A stretch of DNA of 62,851 nt, filler included, from Nitrospirota bacterium (GCA_011620345.1; 6 parts of 6 records of this genome joined end to end with filler, not necessarily neighbours in it), one strand, 5' to 3'; shown: positions 50,001 to 59,025, numbered from the whole stretch's first letter. The notes: a model not told the origin generated them from the letters alone. A program made the numbers and translations.

Positions 50001-50476
50001 CCTTGCCTCCCAGTCGTTAAGCATCCATGGCCTGTGGACGATGTACTCTTCGAAGGCCGATGCCAGCCTTTCTGCAAGCTGCCAGCGCATGAGCGCCCTT
50101 GGCTCTCCTTTGAGGTAGCGGGCGATGCGTTCGTCTTTTTCGGCCAGCCCAGGAAGCGCGTCGTAGAGGTACCATTTAAGGTAGGGGGGATCTAGTGGGG
50201 AGAGGGGCTCTTCTTGAAGGGCGTGCCAAGGTAAAGTCGAGGCGTCGGGCACGTCTCCTAGCGCCCTGTGAGCGGCTTGCCATAGGTAATGGGCAGGTAG
50301 CGAGATCTCTAAGTTTGCGCATACGCCCTCAAGATCGGCGAGCGTCATCCTTAGCCAGCGCTCTATCCCCGCGTTCGGCACAAGGATCACTTCCGGCACC
50401 AAAGAGCGCCCTTTGGCCTGGTGGCCGCCCTTTAGATGCCAAGAAAGCGCCTTTGCCAGCTCATAGAGGTCGCTTC
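47070..50476 (-). CDS. recC: Exodeoxyribonuclease V gamma subunit (first few codons cut by contig end)
   Basis: HPLLASLGR, HACHGPLREVQVL, DIVVM.PD, GVRWG, GLDRLLLG, FCGMVPLRAVPF, HPMQPFS. Confidence 0.96.
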
Positions 50477-50607
50477 NNNNNNNNNNNNNNNNNNNNNNNN
50501 NNNNNNNNNNNNNNNNNNNNTTAATTAATTAANNNNNNNNNNNNNNNNNNNNNNNNNNNNNNNNNNNNNNNNNNNNAGCAGTCTCTTTCGTAGTGAAGAA
50601 AATATGT

Positions 50608-50734
50608 GTTGAAAAAGTGAACCTCAAAAAGGGCTTTTTATGGGGATTTTAAAATTCTGTTGAAAATTTCATCGTGCATTCGTTGAAAGATTCAACATTT
50701 TTGGAACCGTGCAGGTCTCACAAAAAACTTCAAC
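50608..50734. promoter_or_regulatory. Repeated GTTGAA-N3-TTCAAC palindromes (putative sigma54 activator binding sites)
   Basis: Perfect copy 50682-50696; near copies 50659-50673 and 50608-50622; half-site 50729-50734. Confidence 0.7.
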
Positions 50735-50771
50735 AGGCCGAAAGTGTGGAAAAATCAGGCACGCTACGGCA

Positions 50772-50786
50772 TGGCATCATTATTGC
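50772..50786 (+). promoter_or_regulatory. Sigma54 (-24/-12) promoter
   Basis: TGGCAT-CATTA-TTGC matches TGGCAC-N5-TTGC; an NtrC-type activator gene lies at 55970. Confidence 0.8.
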
Positions 50787-50828
50787 GTACATATTAAGCG
50801 TGGACAGTCGAAAAAAAAGGAGAAGGCC

Positions 50829-51953
50829 ATGAAAAGTCTCATTGCAGGGTTTGGGTTCTTCGCGATTCTGACTTTGACCCTTCCATTGCTCGCGTTGACG
50901 ATGTTTGTGCTTCGTTACGCCGGGTTCCTCGTTCTTGTCCCAATAGGGGCGGCCCTTGTGGGAAAAGAGTTGGGAGTTGCCGTTTGTGAAGGGTCTGGAC
51001 GTACGATTCAAAGGAGGGTTGCCATGAAACGTAGGTTGTTGGATGCTTTCGCCGCGCTGGCCGTTTTGCTCGGCGTCGTCGTAGCCATTCCCGTGATGGC
51101 GCTCGGGGTCGTCTTGTTGCGGCCGCTTTTGCTTGGTGCGGTTCCTGTCGGGGTTGTCGGTATTGGGCTTGCTCGCTTAGTTTCTGCCAGGCGCGTGGGC
51201 GAGGGCCTTACCAAGCTGATGGTGACCGTCTCGGTCCTGATCGGCTTGCTCGTGGCAATCCCGCTTATGGCCTTTCTTGGGTTTACGCTGCGCTATGCGC
51301 TGGCCCTGGCTATCCCTGCGGGCGTGATTGGAGGCGCGCTCGCGCTCGCGCTTGATCCGAGCTTCAGGGCCTTGATCCTCGAAAAGACGGCCGATCGGCG
51401 TTTGCGGCAGATCATGGGGTTTATGCTTTCAGACAACTGCCTTTATTCCCCAAGCCATACCTGGACAAGGGTAGGGATCGGCCGGAAAGAGGCGGAAATC
51501 GGCCTGGATGACTTCGCCCAGAAGCTCCTTGGGAAGGCCGGCGCGATCGAGCTTTCGGTAACCCCGGGCACACTGGTGAAGCAGGGCGAAACGATCGGGA
51601 TGCTCCGGCACGACGGGCGTTCGATTCCGATCAAGTCTCCGCTCGAAGGGGTCGTCTCCAGCCTGAACAGGGGCGTTTTGAGCGATCCTGGCAGGATTAA
51701 CCATGACCCATACGGCAGGGGTTGGATCCTGAAACTCGAGCCGCAATCGTTTGCCTACGACCGTGTCCTGTTGAAGACCGGAGAAGCGGCGAGGGAATGG
51801 CTCCAAAACGAACTTGAGCGCTTCCGGGTGATCGTTCAGGGTAGCCCAGCGCTTGTCCCCGTCCTTCAGGATGGCGGCGTATTTGTAGAGAACCTGGCCG
51901 AACACTTGGACGATGCCACGTGGGCAAGGCTCAAAGAAAGCTTTTTCAAATAA
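50829..51953 (+). CDS. Membrane protein with three TM-hairpin repeats and a C-terminal GcvH-fold domain (no lipoyl Lys)
   Basis: AGGAG RBS; YSPSHTW, IGLDDFAQKLLG, SPLEGVV..LN, DPYG.GW; tail PVLQDGG. A second strong RBS/ATG at 51024. Confidence 0.85.
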   Translation: MKSLIAGFGFFAILTLTLPLLALTMFVLRYAGFLVLVPIGAALVGKELGVAVCEGSGRTIQRRVAMKRRLLDAFAALAVLLGVVVAIPVMALGVVLLRPLLLGAVPVGVVGIGLARLVSARRVGEGLTKLMVTVSVLIGLLVAIPLMAFLGFTLRYALALAIPAGVIGGALALALDPSFRALILEKTADRRLRQIMGFMLSDNCLYSPSHTWTRVGIGRKEAEIGLDDFAQKLLGKAGAIELSVTPGTLVKQGETIGMLRHDGRSIPIKSPLEGVVSSLNRGVLSDPGRINHDPYGRGWILKLEPQSFAYDRVLLKTGEAAREWLQNELERFRVIVQGSPALVPVLQDGGVFVENLAEHLDDATWARLKESFFK

Positions 51954-51964
51954 GGAGTGCGGGC

Positions 51965-52861
51965 ATGGACATTCGAAGGCGAGATTTTCTAAAGCTTACA
52001 GGACTTGCGGCAGCGACCGGAATCCTCGGCCCTGGGGGGAACGGAAGGGTCCTCGGGGCCGAGACTGGGCCCAAAGACGATGGTTACGGGCTTTTGATCG
52101 ACACGACGAGGTGCGTTGGATGTCGCTCTTGCGAGCTTGCCTGTGCCGAGGCCAACGGCCTTAAAGAGCCAGAGCAGTTCGGGGATGAGGCCATCTTTCA
52201 AAGGGTCAGGACGACCTCTCCCGATGCCTTTACCGTGGTCAATCGCTACGAGACCCAAAAAGGCCAAGTCTTTCGAAAGCAGCAATGTATGCACTGCCTT
52301 CAACCTGCATGCGAGTCTGCTTGCCTGGTAAGGGCGCTTCGAAAGCATCCGGAAGGCCCGGTCACCTGGAACGATAAGAAGTGTCTTGGGTGTCGCTACT
52401 GCATGATCTCTTGCCCGTTCGACGTGCCCAAGTTCGAGTACAACAGCCCGAACCCGCGGATCCGGAAGTGTACGCTTTGCTTCGAGCGGGTCAAGGCTGG
52501 CAAGCAAACAGCTTGTGCCGAGGCCTGCCCTGTGGAGGCGATTCGGTTTGGCAAACGCTCGGAACTGCTGGAAACCGCAAAAACAAGGATTTACCAAAAC
52601 CAGGACAGTTACGTCCATTCCATCTACGGCGAGCACGAGGCGGGCGGAACGAGCGTGATGTACTTATCCGCCGTCCCGTTCGAGCAGCTTGGCCTCAACA
52701 CGGGCCTCGATAAGAAACCTTACCCCGAGCTGACGCAGGAATATCTGCATAACATCGTGCTGGTGGATTTATTCTTCCCCATCTTCTTGCTCGGCATAAG
52801 CTATGCGGTGAAGGGCAGGGAGAAGGAGATCAAAGCCCAAACGAGGGAGGAAGAGCGATGA
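51965..52861 (+). CDS. Tat-exported 4x[4Fe-4S] protein (HybA/HmcB/NrfC-like) with C-terminal TM anchor
   Basis: RRDFLK Tat motif; CVGCRSCELAC, CMHCLQPACESAC, CLGCRYCMISC, CTLC...CAEAC; IYGEHEAGGT. Confidence 0.93.
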   Translation: MDIRRRDFLKLTGLAAATGILGPGGNGRVLGAETGPKDDGYGLLIDTTRCVGCRSCELACAEANGLKEPEQFGDEAIFQRVRTTSPDAFTVVNRYETQKGQVFRKQQCMHCLQPACESACLVRALRKHPEGPVTWNDKKCLGCRYCMISCPFDVPKFEYNSPNPRIRKCTLCFERVKAGKQTACAEACPVEAIRFGKRSELLETAKTRIYQNQDSYVHSIYGEHEAGGTSVMYLSAVPFEQLGLNTGLDKKPYPELTQEYLHNIVLVDLFFPIFLLGISYAVKGREKEIKAQTREEER

Positions 52862-54171
52862 AACGCCAAGACTCAAAGATGCCCATGCGGGTCGAGCCAC
52901 TTAGGAGGGCAACGAGGCCCTCGTTTAGGGCGCTAAGCACCGAGTTTGCAAGGTTCGTACGTTTCATACTTGAAGAGCTCAAGCCCAAGGGCAAGATTCT
53001 TACGCCCTTTAACGTGATCACGGGCGTGATCATCCTCGTTGGGCTCGTGATCATCGTCGTTCGGTTTGCCAAGGGGCTTGGTGCCGTAACGAACCTCTCC
53101 CAGGAGTTCCCCTGGGGGCTGTGGATCGGGTTTGATGTTGTCACGGGCGTGGCCTTTGCGGGCGGTGCCTACGTTTTGACGTTCATGGTCTACATCCTGG
53201 GGTTAGAAAAATACCACCCTATTGCCCGGATCACGGTGCTTAACGGTTTTTTGGCCTACGCGTTTTATGCAGGAGCGCTCCTGCTCGACATCGGGCGTCC
53301 TTGGCATATCTTCAACCCGATCATCGGGAACTCTTTCGGGGCCGCTTCGGTTATGTTCCTCGTCGCCTGGCATTTCTTCTTGTACACGGTGGCTGAGTTC
53401 GTAGAGTTCTCCCCGGCCATCGGCGAGTGGTTAGGCTACCGGAGGCTTACTCGTATCTTGCAATCATTGACGCTCGCGGCCGTCATCTTCGGCATCATGC
53501 TCTCGACGGGCCATCAATCTGGGTTGGGGGCGCTGTTCTTGATGGCCAAGGGCAAGTTGCATCCGCTTTGGTATTCAAGCCTCTTGCCCGTTTCATTCTT
53601 TGTCTCCAGCATCTTTGCCGGGCTGTCGATGGTGATCTTGGAGGGAACGATCAGCGAACGGGTGTTTTCCGACCGCATTCCAGGCACCCATAAGGCTTCC
53701 CACGGCGAGATCGTGGTCGGCCTTTCCAGGGTATGCGTAGGAGCGATGTTCGTCTACTTGTTCCTCGAGGTCGCCAAGCTCATAAACGAAGGGACGATTG
53801 GCTACCTTGCGACCCCGATGGGCGCCTGGTACCTGCTGGAGGTCTTGGGATTCATGCTTATCCCGGCGGGCCTGTTCCTTCTGGGGGCTCGAAGCGCCAA
53901 CCTGTTCATGCTCAAAATCGCCGCGTTCGGAACGGTGCTTGGCGTTGCGCTCAACCGTCTCAACGTCTCGATCATCGCCTACAAATGGAATGCTCCTTTC
54001 CATTACGTGCCCTCCTGGATGGAGATTTGGGTGACGCTTGCCGTCATCAGTGCGGAGATTTGGGCGCTTCGCTGGATTGTCCGCCGCATGCCCGTTTACG
54101 AAGAACATGAAGAACATTTGGATGTCGAAGAACTATCGGTTAAGGAGGGAGTCCAATGGAAGGCTATGTAG
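52858..54171 (+). CDS. NrfD/PsrC-family membrane subunit (HybB/HmcC-like)
   Basis: GLGAVTNL...PWGLWIGFDV, DIGRPW, LST.HQSGLG, KLHPLW, LNRLN, Y.PSW.E. Confidence 0.93.
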   Translation: MKRQDSKMPMRVEPLRRATRPSFRALSTEFARFVRFILEELKPKGKILTPFNVITGVIILVGLVIIVVRFAKGLGAVTNLSQEFPWGLWIGFDVVTGVAFAGGAYVLTFMVYILGLEKYHPIARITVLNGFLAYAFYAGALLLDIGRPWHIFNPIIGNSFGAASVMFLVAWHFFLYTVAEFVEFSPAIGEWLGYRRLTRILQSLTLAAVIFGIMLSTGHQSGLGALFLMAKGKLHPLWYSSLLPVSFFVSSIFAGLSMVILEGTISERVFSDRIPGTHKASHGEIVVGLSRVCVGAMFVYLFLEVAKLINEGTIGYLATPMGAWYLLEVLGFMLIPAGLFLLGARSANLFMLKIAAFGTVLGVALNRLNVSIIAYKWNAPFHYVPSWMEIWVTLAVISAEIWALRWIVRRMPVYEEHEEHLDVEELSVKEGVQWKAM

Positions 54172-54869
54172 ACCTGCACGCACTCAAGGCGCTGAATTAC
54201 CTTGTGGCCGTCATCTCGCTGATTTCCCTGGTCTTCTTCTGGCAAGTCTTGAAGGCTCCGGCGGTCAGGAGAGTGGTCCAACGGGTGGGGACGAGCATCG
54301 CGGACATGGCCAGGTGGTTTTTCTTGCCGGAGCATTACTACTTCCACCCAGGACATACCTGGGCATGCCCCGGGGATGACGGAAGGATGTTGGTGGGCAT
54401 GGACGACTTTGCCACGAAGCTCGTTGGCCAAATTGACGAGATCGAGCTCCCCAAGCCGGGCACCCGTGTTCGGCAAGGTCAGGTGGTTTGGAAGGTCCGG
54501 GTGGCTGGCAAGACGTTCTCCATGCGTTCGCCCGTCGAAGGGGTCGTGGAGGAAATTCATGAGGCGGTACGTGAGAACCCAAGCCTCCTCCTGAATGATC
54601 CTTACAAAAACGGCTGGATCTTGCGCATCAGGCCTGAAGACCCGGCCGCTTCACTCTCCACGCTCCTTTCTGGGGGTCTTGCCAGGCGCTGTCTTGAAAC
54701 CGACCTGTCAAGGCTGCTCCCAGCTGGCTCGGGAGAGCTTGGTGTACTCGCTCAAGATGGCGGGCTTCTCTTACAAGACGGCGGGATGCCGATCCACGGG
54801 ATTGCCCAAGCCCTCGAACCCGAGCGCTGGGATGAGCTCGTTTCCGAAATGTTCCTGACGAAGGAATAG
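54156..54869 (+). CDS. Single-TM GcvH-fold protein (canonical lipoyl Lys absent)
   Basis: YFHPGHTW, VGMDDFA.KLVG, SPVEG.V, DPYKNGW; tail LAQDGG-LLLQDGG. Confidence 0.88.
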   Translation: MEGYVDLHALKALNYLVAVISLISLVFFWQVLKAPAVRRVVQRVGTSIADMARWFFLPEHYYFHPGHTWACPGDDGRMLVGMDDFATKLVGQIDEIELPKPGTRVRQGQVVWKVRVAGKTFSMRSPVEGVVEEIHEAVRENPSLLLNDPYKNGWILRIRPEDPAASLSTLLSGGLARRCLETDLSRLLPAGSGELGVLAQDGGLLLQDGGMPIHGIAQALEPERWDELVSEMFLTKE

Positions 54870-54894
54870 GTTCGCTCAAACGAAGGGGATAGCC

Positions 54895-55143
54895 ATGAAG
54901 AACAAGCACGGTCCCGCCAAGGGTGCCAAGGAAAGCCCAAGGACGGCCCTTTGGGTCGTCCTTGGGCCCCTGCTTGGGCTTATGTATGTTGTCTTGATCC
55001 CACTGATCGGGCTTTTTGCGCTTGCGTTTCTGGCGGTTCGTGCGCTCGAGAGAGCGTTTCGTCCTTCAAGGGCGGGGGTCGTGTATCCTGACGGAGGACT
55101 TTCTGTCAAAAAAGCGGGAAAAAAAGAGGGGGAGGAGGGATGA
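54895..55143 (+). CDS. Small membrane hairpin protein
   Basis: GAAGGGG RBS; GPLLGLMYVVLIPLIG hydrophobic core; stop overlaps next start (ATGA). Confidence 0.75.
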   Translation: MKNKHGPAKGAKESPRTALWVVLGPLLGLMYVVLIPLIGLFALAFLAVRALERAFRPSRAGVVYPDGGLSVKKAGKKEGEEG

Positions 55144-55862
55144 AGACAATAGAAGGTCTCACGCCCTTGATCCCTAAAGGCGAAACTGCCTGCGTGTGGA
55201 TGGAGGCGGGAGTTGTCAATTATAAGCTGTGCGATTGCGAGTGTGGATGCGAATCCTGCCCGTTCGATCGGGCGATCAGGAGGCAGAGCGGCCCCGGTGC
55301 GCCCTTCTACGAAGCGAGCGGGATAAGGCTGTATCCAGGCCTTTTCTACCACCCAAGGCACCTTTGGGTGATGATTGAGGAAAAAGGTGAGGTCAGGATT
55401 GGGTTGGACGACTTTGCCCAGCGGCTCTTAGGTTCGGTCGAGAGACTTGTACTTCCTAAGACAGGGATAAGGATTGAGACCAACCCTCCAAAAGTCTTTG
55501 CGAGAGGTACGCTTCTTTCGCTTGCTGCTCCGATTCACGGTGTGGTGATCCAGGCGAACAAGAGCCTTATCGACACGCCTTCGTTGATCCATGGGCACCC
55601 CTACACGAGAGGCTGGCTTGTCAGGGCTGTCCCCTCCCGCCTCAAGGAGGACCTTGAAATGCTCGCGTACGGGCACGGGGCAAAGCGTTGGCTCCAAGAA
55701 GAGTGCAGCCGACTTACGGGCTTTTTTTCCAGGGCGCTCTCCCCGAGCGAATCCCAGGCCGGACCGACGCTCCAGGATGGTGGGGTTCCACTTCTGGAGT
55801 CGTTGGACCAGTTCGACCCGCGGACGCTTAAGGAGGCGGTCAGGTTGTTTCTTGTTGGATGA
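55140..55862 (+). CDS. Soluble GcvH-fold protein with Cys-rich N-terminus (no lipoyl Lys)
   Basis: CVWM.AGVV.YKLCDCECGCESCPFD; FYHPRH.W, IGLDDFAQRLLG, APIHGVV...N, HPY..GW; tail PTLQDGG. Confidence 0.88.
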   Translation: MKTIEGLTPLIPKGETACVWMEAGVVNYKLCDCECGCESCPFDRAIRRQSGPGAPFYEASGIRLYPGLFYHPRHLWVMIEEKGEVRIGLDDFAQRLLGSVERLVLPKTGIRIETNPPKVFARGTLLSLAAPIHGVVIQANKSLIDTPSLIHGHPYTRGWLVRAVPSRLKEDLEMLAYGHGAKRWLQEECSRLTGFFSRALSPSESQAGPTLQDGGVPLLESLDQFDPRTLKEAVRLFLVG

Positions 55863-55969
55863 GACAATCTTCTTGCTCGAGGGCTTGGTTGAGTTCTTGG
55901 ACAAAAGATCGTATACTATTTCGAAGAAAAAGTTGTTTTAATAATTCCTGTTTATCGGGAGATTAAGCC

Positions 55970-57328
55970 ATGCAGGAAGTAGTCAGCCTCCTGATCGTGG
56001 ACGATGAGCCTTCGGTGGGTGATTCGCTCCTGAGCTGGTTCAAGGAGGAAGGCTATGAAGTCGAGGTTGCCCGGGACGCCAAGACATGCCTCACCAAAAT
56101 GGCCGAGCGGCAGTATGACATCTACCTGGTCGACATCCGGATGCCCGGGATCGACGGGCTTGAGCTCCAGCGGCGCATCAAGAAGGTCCAGCCCGATGCT
56201 ACGATCATCATCATGACGGCCTATGCAAGCGTCGAGTCGGCCGTGGAGGCGCTCAAGCAGGGGGCTTACGATTACATCACCAAGCCCTTCGACCCGGACG
56301 AACTTGCCCATCTTGTCCGGAACGCGGCCGAGCGAAAGCGTCTTATGCTCGAGTCGCAAAAGCTCAAAACGCGCCTCGAAGAATCCTCCATGACCCCCGA
56401 GATCGTCGGCAAGAGCAAGGCCATGCAGCAAGTTATGGAGCTCGTGCATACCGTGGCCAAAACAGATGCCACCGTACTGATCCGGGGCGAGTCGGGGACC
56501 GGCAAGGAGCTTATCGCCAGGGCCATCCATGCCAACTCCAGCCGTCGCTACATGCCGATCGTTACTGTCAATTGCGGTGCACTGGCCGAGGGTGTGCTCG
56601 AAAGCGAGCTGTTCGGCCACGAAAAGGGGGCGTTCACGGGGGCGCACTACCAACGAAAGGGCAAGTTCGAGATGGCAGACGGGGGGACGATCTTCTTGGA
56701 CGAAATCGGGGACATCAGCCTCAAGACGCAGACCGACCTCCTTAGGGTGATCGAAGAGAAGAAATTTTTCCGTGTTGGCGGCAACAAGGAGATTTACTCC
56801 GACTTCCGAACGATCGCGGCCACAAACAAAGACCTAGAGCAGATGGTGGCCAACGGAACCTTTCGCTCGGATTTGTACTACCGCCTGAACGTCTTTACCA
56901 TCTTCATCCCACCGCTCAAGGACAGGCCCGAGGACATCCCGGTTTTGATCGAGCATTTTATCAAGAAGTACGCAATGAGCATGAACAAGCCGATTCGGGG
57001 AATCGACCCGTCGGCCATGAGCATGCTTCTTACCTACGACTGGCCGGGCAACGTAAGGGAGCTCGAGAACGCCATCGAAAGGGCCATGGTGGTAGCGAAA
57101 TCCGAAGTCTTGCATTCGGAAAACTTCGCGTTCCGCTTCGAAGCCCAGAAGGACGACGAAAAGCATGCCCGGCCGCTGGGAACGCTCTCGGACATGGAAA
57201 AAGAATACATTCAAAATGTGCTCGAAGAAACTGGGTGGAACATCGCGCAGTCGGCTAGGCTCTTGGATATCGACCGCGTGACGCTCTACAACAAAATCAA
57301 AAAGTATAACCTTACCCGTAAGGCTTGA
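55970..57328 (+). CDS. Sigma54-dependent response regulator (NtrC/AtoC family)
   Basis: Receiver (VDDE, DIRMPG, KPF), GESGTGKE, ESELFGHEKGAFTGA, FLDEIG, DLYYRLN, WPGNVREL, Fis HTH. Confidence 0.97.
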   Translation: MQEVVSLLIVDDEPSVGDSLLSWFKEEGYEVEVARDAKTCLTKMAERQYDIYLVDIRMPGIDGLELQRRIKKVQPDATIIIMTAYASVESAVEALKQGAYDYITKPFDPDELAHLVRNAAERKRLMLESQKLKTRLEESSMTPEIVGKSKAMQQVMELVHTVAKTDATVLIRGESGTGKELIARAIHANSSRRYMPIVTVNCGALAEGVLESELFGHEKGAFTGAHYQRKGKFEMADGGTIFLDEIGDISLKTQTDLLRVIEEKKFFRVGGNKEIYSDFRTIAATNKDLEQMVANGTFRSDLYYRLNVFTIFIPPLKDRPEDIPVLIEHFIKKYAMSMNKPIRGIDPSAMSMLLTYDWPGNVRELENAIERAMVVAKSEVLHSENFAFRFEAQKDDEKHARPLGTLSDMEKEYIQNVLEETGWNIAQSARLLDIDRVTLYNKIKKYNLTRKA

Positions 57329-57354
57329 AAACTCTCCAACCCGGGTAGGTACCG

Positions 57355-59022
57355 ATGGCAGGTCTGAGGCAATCTTCGCTTGGAGCCTTCAAAAAAAGCT
57401 TGACGCTCAAGTTGCTGGTCTTTTTGGTCGGCTCACTGGTCTTTTTGGTCGGCGTTATTGCCTACACATCCGTTTCTACCTGCCGAAGCCGCCTGCTGGC
57501 GACGGTCCTTTTGAACGCCGAACAGACGGCCGATGTGCTCAAAAGGAGCCTTCGGTACGCCATGCTCAAGAACGAGCGTGAGACGATCTACCATATCATC
57601 AATACTGTGGCCAAGGAGCCGGGCATCAAAAAGGTCCGGATCTACAATAAAGAAGGCCAGATCGTTTTTTCATCTCTAGAGTACGAAACGGGCTCGTTCG
57701 TGGACCTTCGAGCGGATGCCTGTATCGGATGCCATGGCCAAGCAAGGACGCTCGAACGCCTTCCTCGGACAGATAGGTTTAGAGAATACCACCTCGCCAA
57801 AAAGGGCCATGTGCTAGGGTTGATCCTGCCGATCGAAAACGAGCCCGAGTGTGCGAACCAAGGCTGCCATGCAAGCCCGAAAGCCAAGCCTATTCTTGGA
57901 GTGCTCGATGTCATCCTTTCGCTCACGTCCGTCGATGAGAGCGTGAAGACCCTCCAAGCGCAGCTTCTGATCCAGCTCCTCGTGCTTTTGTTGGCAGTCA
58001 CGCTCGTGAGCGTGCTTTTGCTGGTTCGGTTTGTCCGCAACCCCCTAAGGGTGCTTCTTGAAGGAACAGAACAGCTACGCGCAGGGAATCTGTCCTTCGT
58101 GCTCAAAGTCACTTCGGAAGACGAAATCGGGGACCTTTGCCGTTCGTTTAACGAGATGGCCCGGTCACTCATGGAGGCGAGGGACAAGATCCTTGCCTGG
58201 AACGAGGAGCTCGAAAAACGGGTGGAAGAGCGAACGGCCCAGCTTAAAAAGGCCCATGAGGAGATGATCCGCTCCGCCAAGATGGCCTCCGTCGGCAAGC
58301 TTGCGGCTATCGTGGCCCACGAAATCAACAACCCGCTCTTTGGGGTTCGGACCTACGCCAAGCTGCTTCAGAGGCGGCTCGAAAAGGAGGGGGTGCTCAA
58401 GAATGGCCCAGAGGAGGATACTGCCAAGATCTTGGCGACGATCGAGGCCGAAGTTGCCCGCTGTGGTGAGATTGTAAAGAACCTCCTTCAGTTTTCCAGG
58501 CCAAGCGCCCCAAAGATAGAGCTAAAGTCCTTGAACGCGGCCGTAGAGAAAGCAATACGCCTGATCCAGCACCAAATCGACCTGCTCGGGGCTGAAATGA
58601 TCGTGGGGCTTGACAAGAGTCTTCCCGACATTCCGATCGACGAACAGAAGATCCAGCAGGTGCTCCTTGCGCTCCTGATCAACGCGTGCGAGGCAATCCC
58701 GAAGGGTTCGGGGAGGATCGAGGTTCGGACGGGGCGCTCGGAGGCAGGAGATGGGGTAGAGGTTCTTGTTCGGGACAACGGGGCCGGTATCGATGAGGAC
58801 GTCCTGCCGCACATCTTTGAGCCTTTCTTCACGACCAAGGGTCAGAGGCCGGGGGGTGGAGGGACAGGCCTTGGGCTTTCCGTCGTCCAGTCCATCGTGA
58901 CACTCCACCACGGCCGGATTGCCGTCAGCTCCAAGAAAGGAGAGGGAACGACGTTCGTCATGCTCCTGCCGTTTAAGCAGCCTGAGCGCGAGGAAGAGTT
59001 TGGCCTTGAGGAGGTCATTTAG
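57355..59022 (+). CDS. Sensor histidine kinase with periplasmic heme-c motifs, HAMP, HisKA and HATPase domains
   Basis: Two TMs flank CIGCH and CANQGCH; DEIG.L..SFN.M; AHEINNPL; DNG.GI, FEPFFTTK, GTGLGL. Confidence 0.94.
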   Translation: MAGLRQSSLGAFKKSLTLKLLVFLVGSLVFLVGVIAYTSVSTCRSRLLATVLLNAEQTADVLKRSLRYAMLKNERETIYHIINTVAKEPGIKKVRIYNKEGQIVFSSLEYETGSFVDLRADACIGCHGQARTLERLPRTDRFREYHLAKKGHVLGLILPIENEPECANQGCHASPKAKPILGVLDVILSLTSVDESVKTLQAQLLIQLLVLLLAVTLVSVLLLVRFVRNPLRVLLEGTEQLRAGNLSFVLKVTSEDEIGDLCRSFNEMARSLMEARDKILAWNEELEKRVEERTAQLKKAHEEMIRSAKMASVGKLAAIVAHEINNPLFGVRTYAKLLQRRLEKEGVLKNGPEEDTAKILATIEAEVARCGEIVKNLLQFSRPSAPKIELKSLNAAVEKAIRLIQHQIDLLGAEMIVGLDKSLPDIPIDEQKIQQVLLALLINACEAIPKGSGRIEVRTGRSEAGDGVEVLVRDNGAGIDEDVLPHIFEPFFTTKGQRPGGGGTGLGLSVVQSIVTLHHGRIAVSSKKGEGTTFVMLLPFKQPEREEEFGLEEVI

Positions 59023-59025
59023 GCC

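Noticed and set aside
50829-55862. Glycine cleavage system or sHdr-LbpA sulfur oxidation locus
   Set aside because: No gcvP/T/L, hdr or lipoate ligase genes, and the canonical lipoyl Lys is missing.
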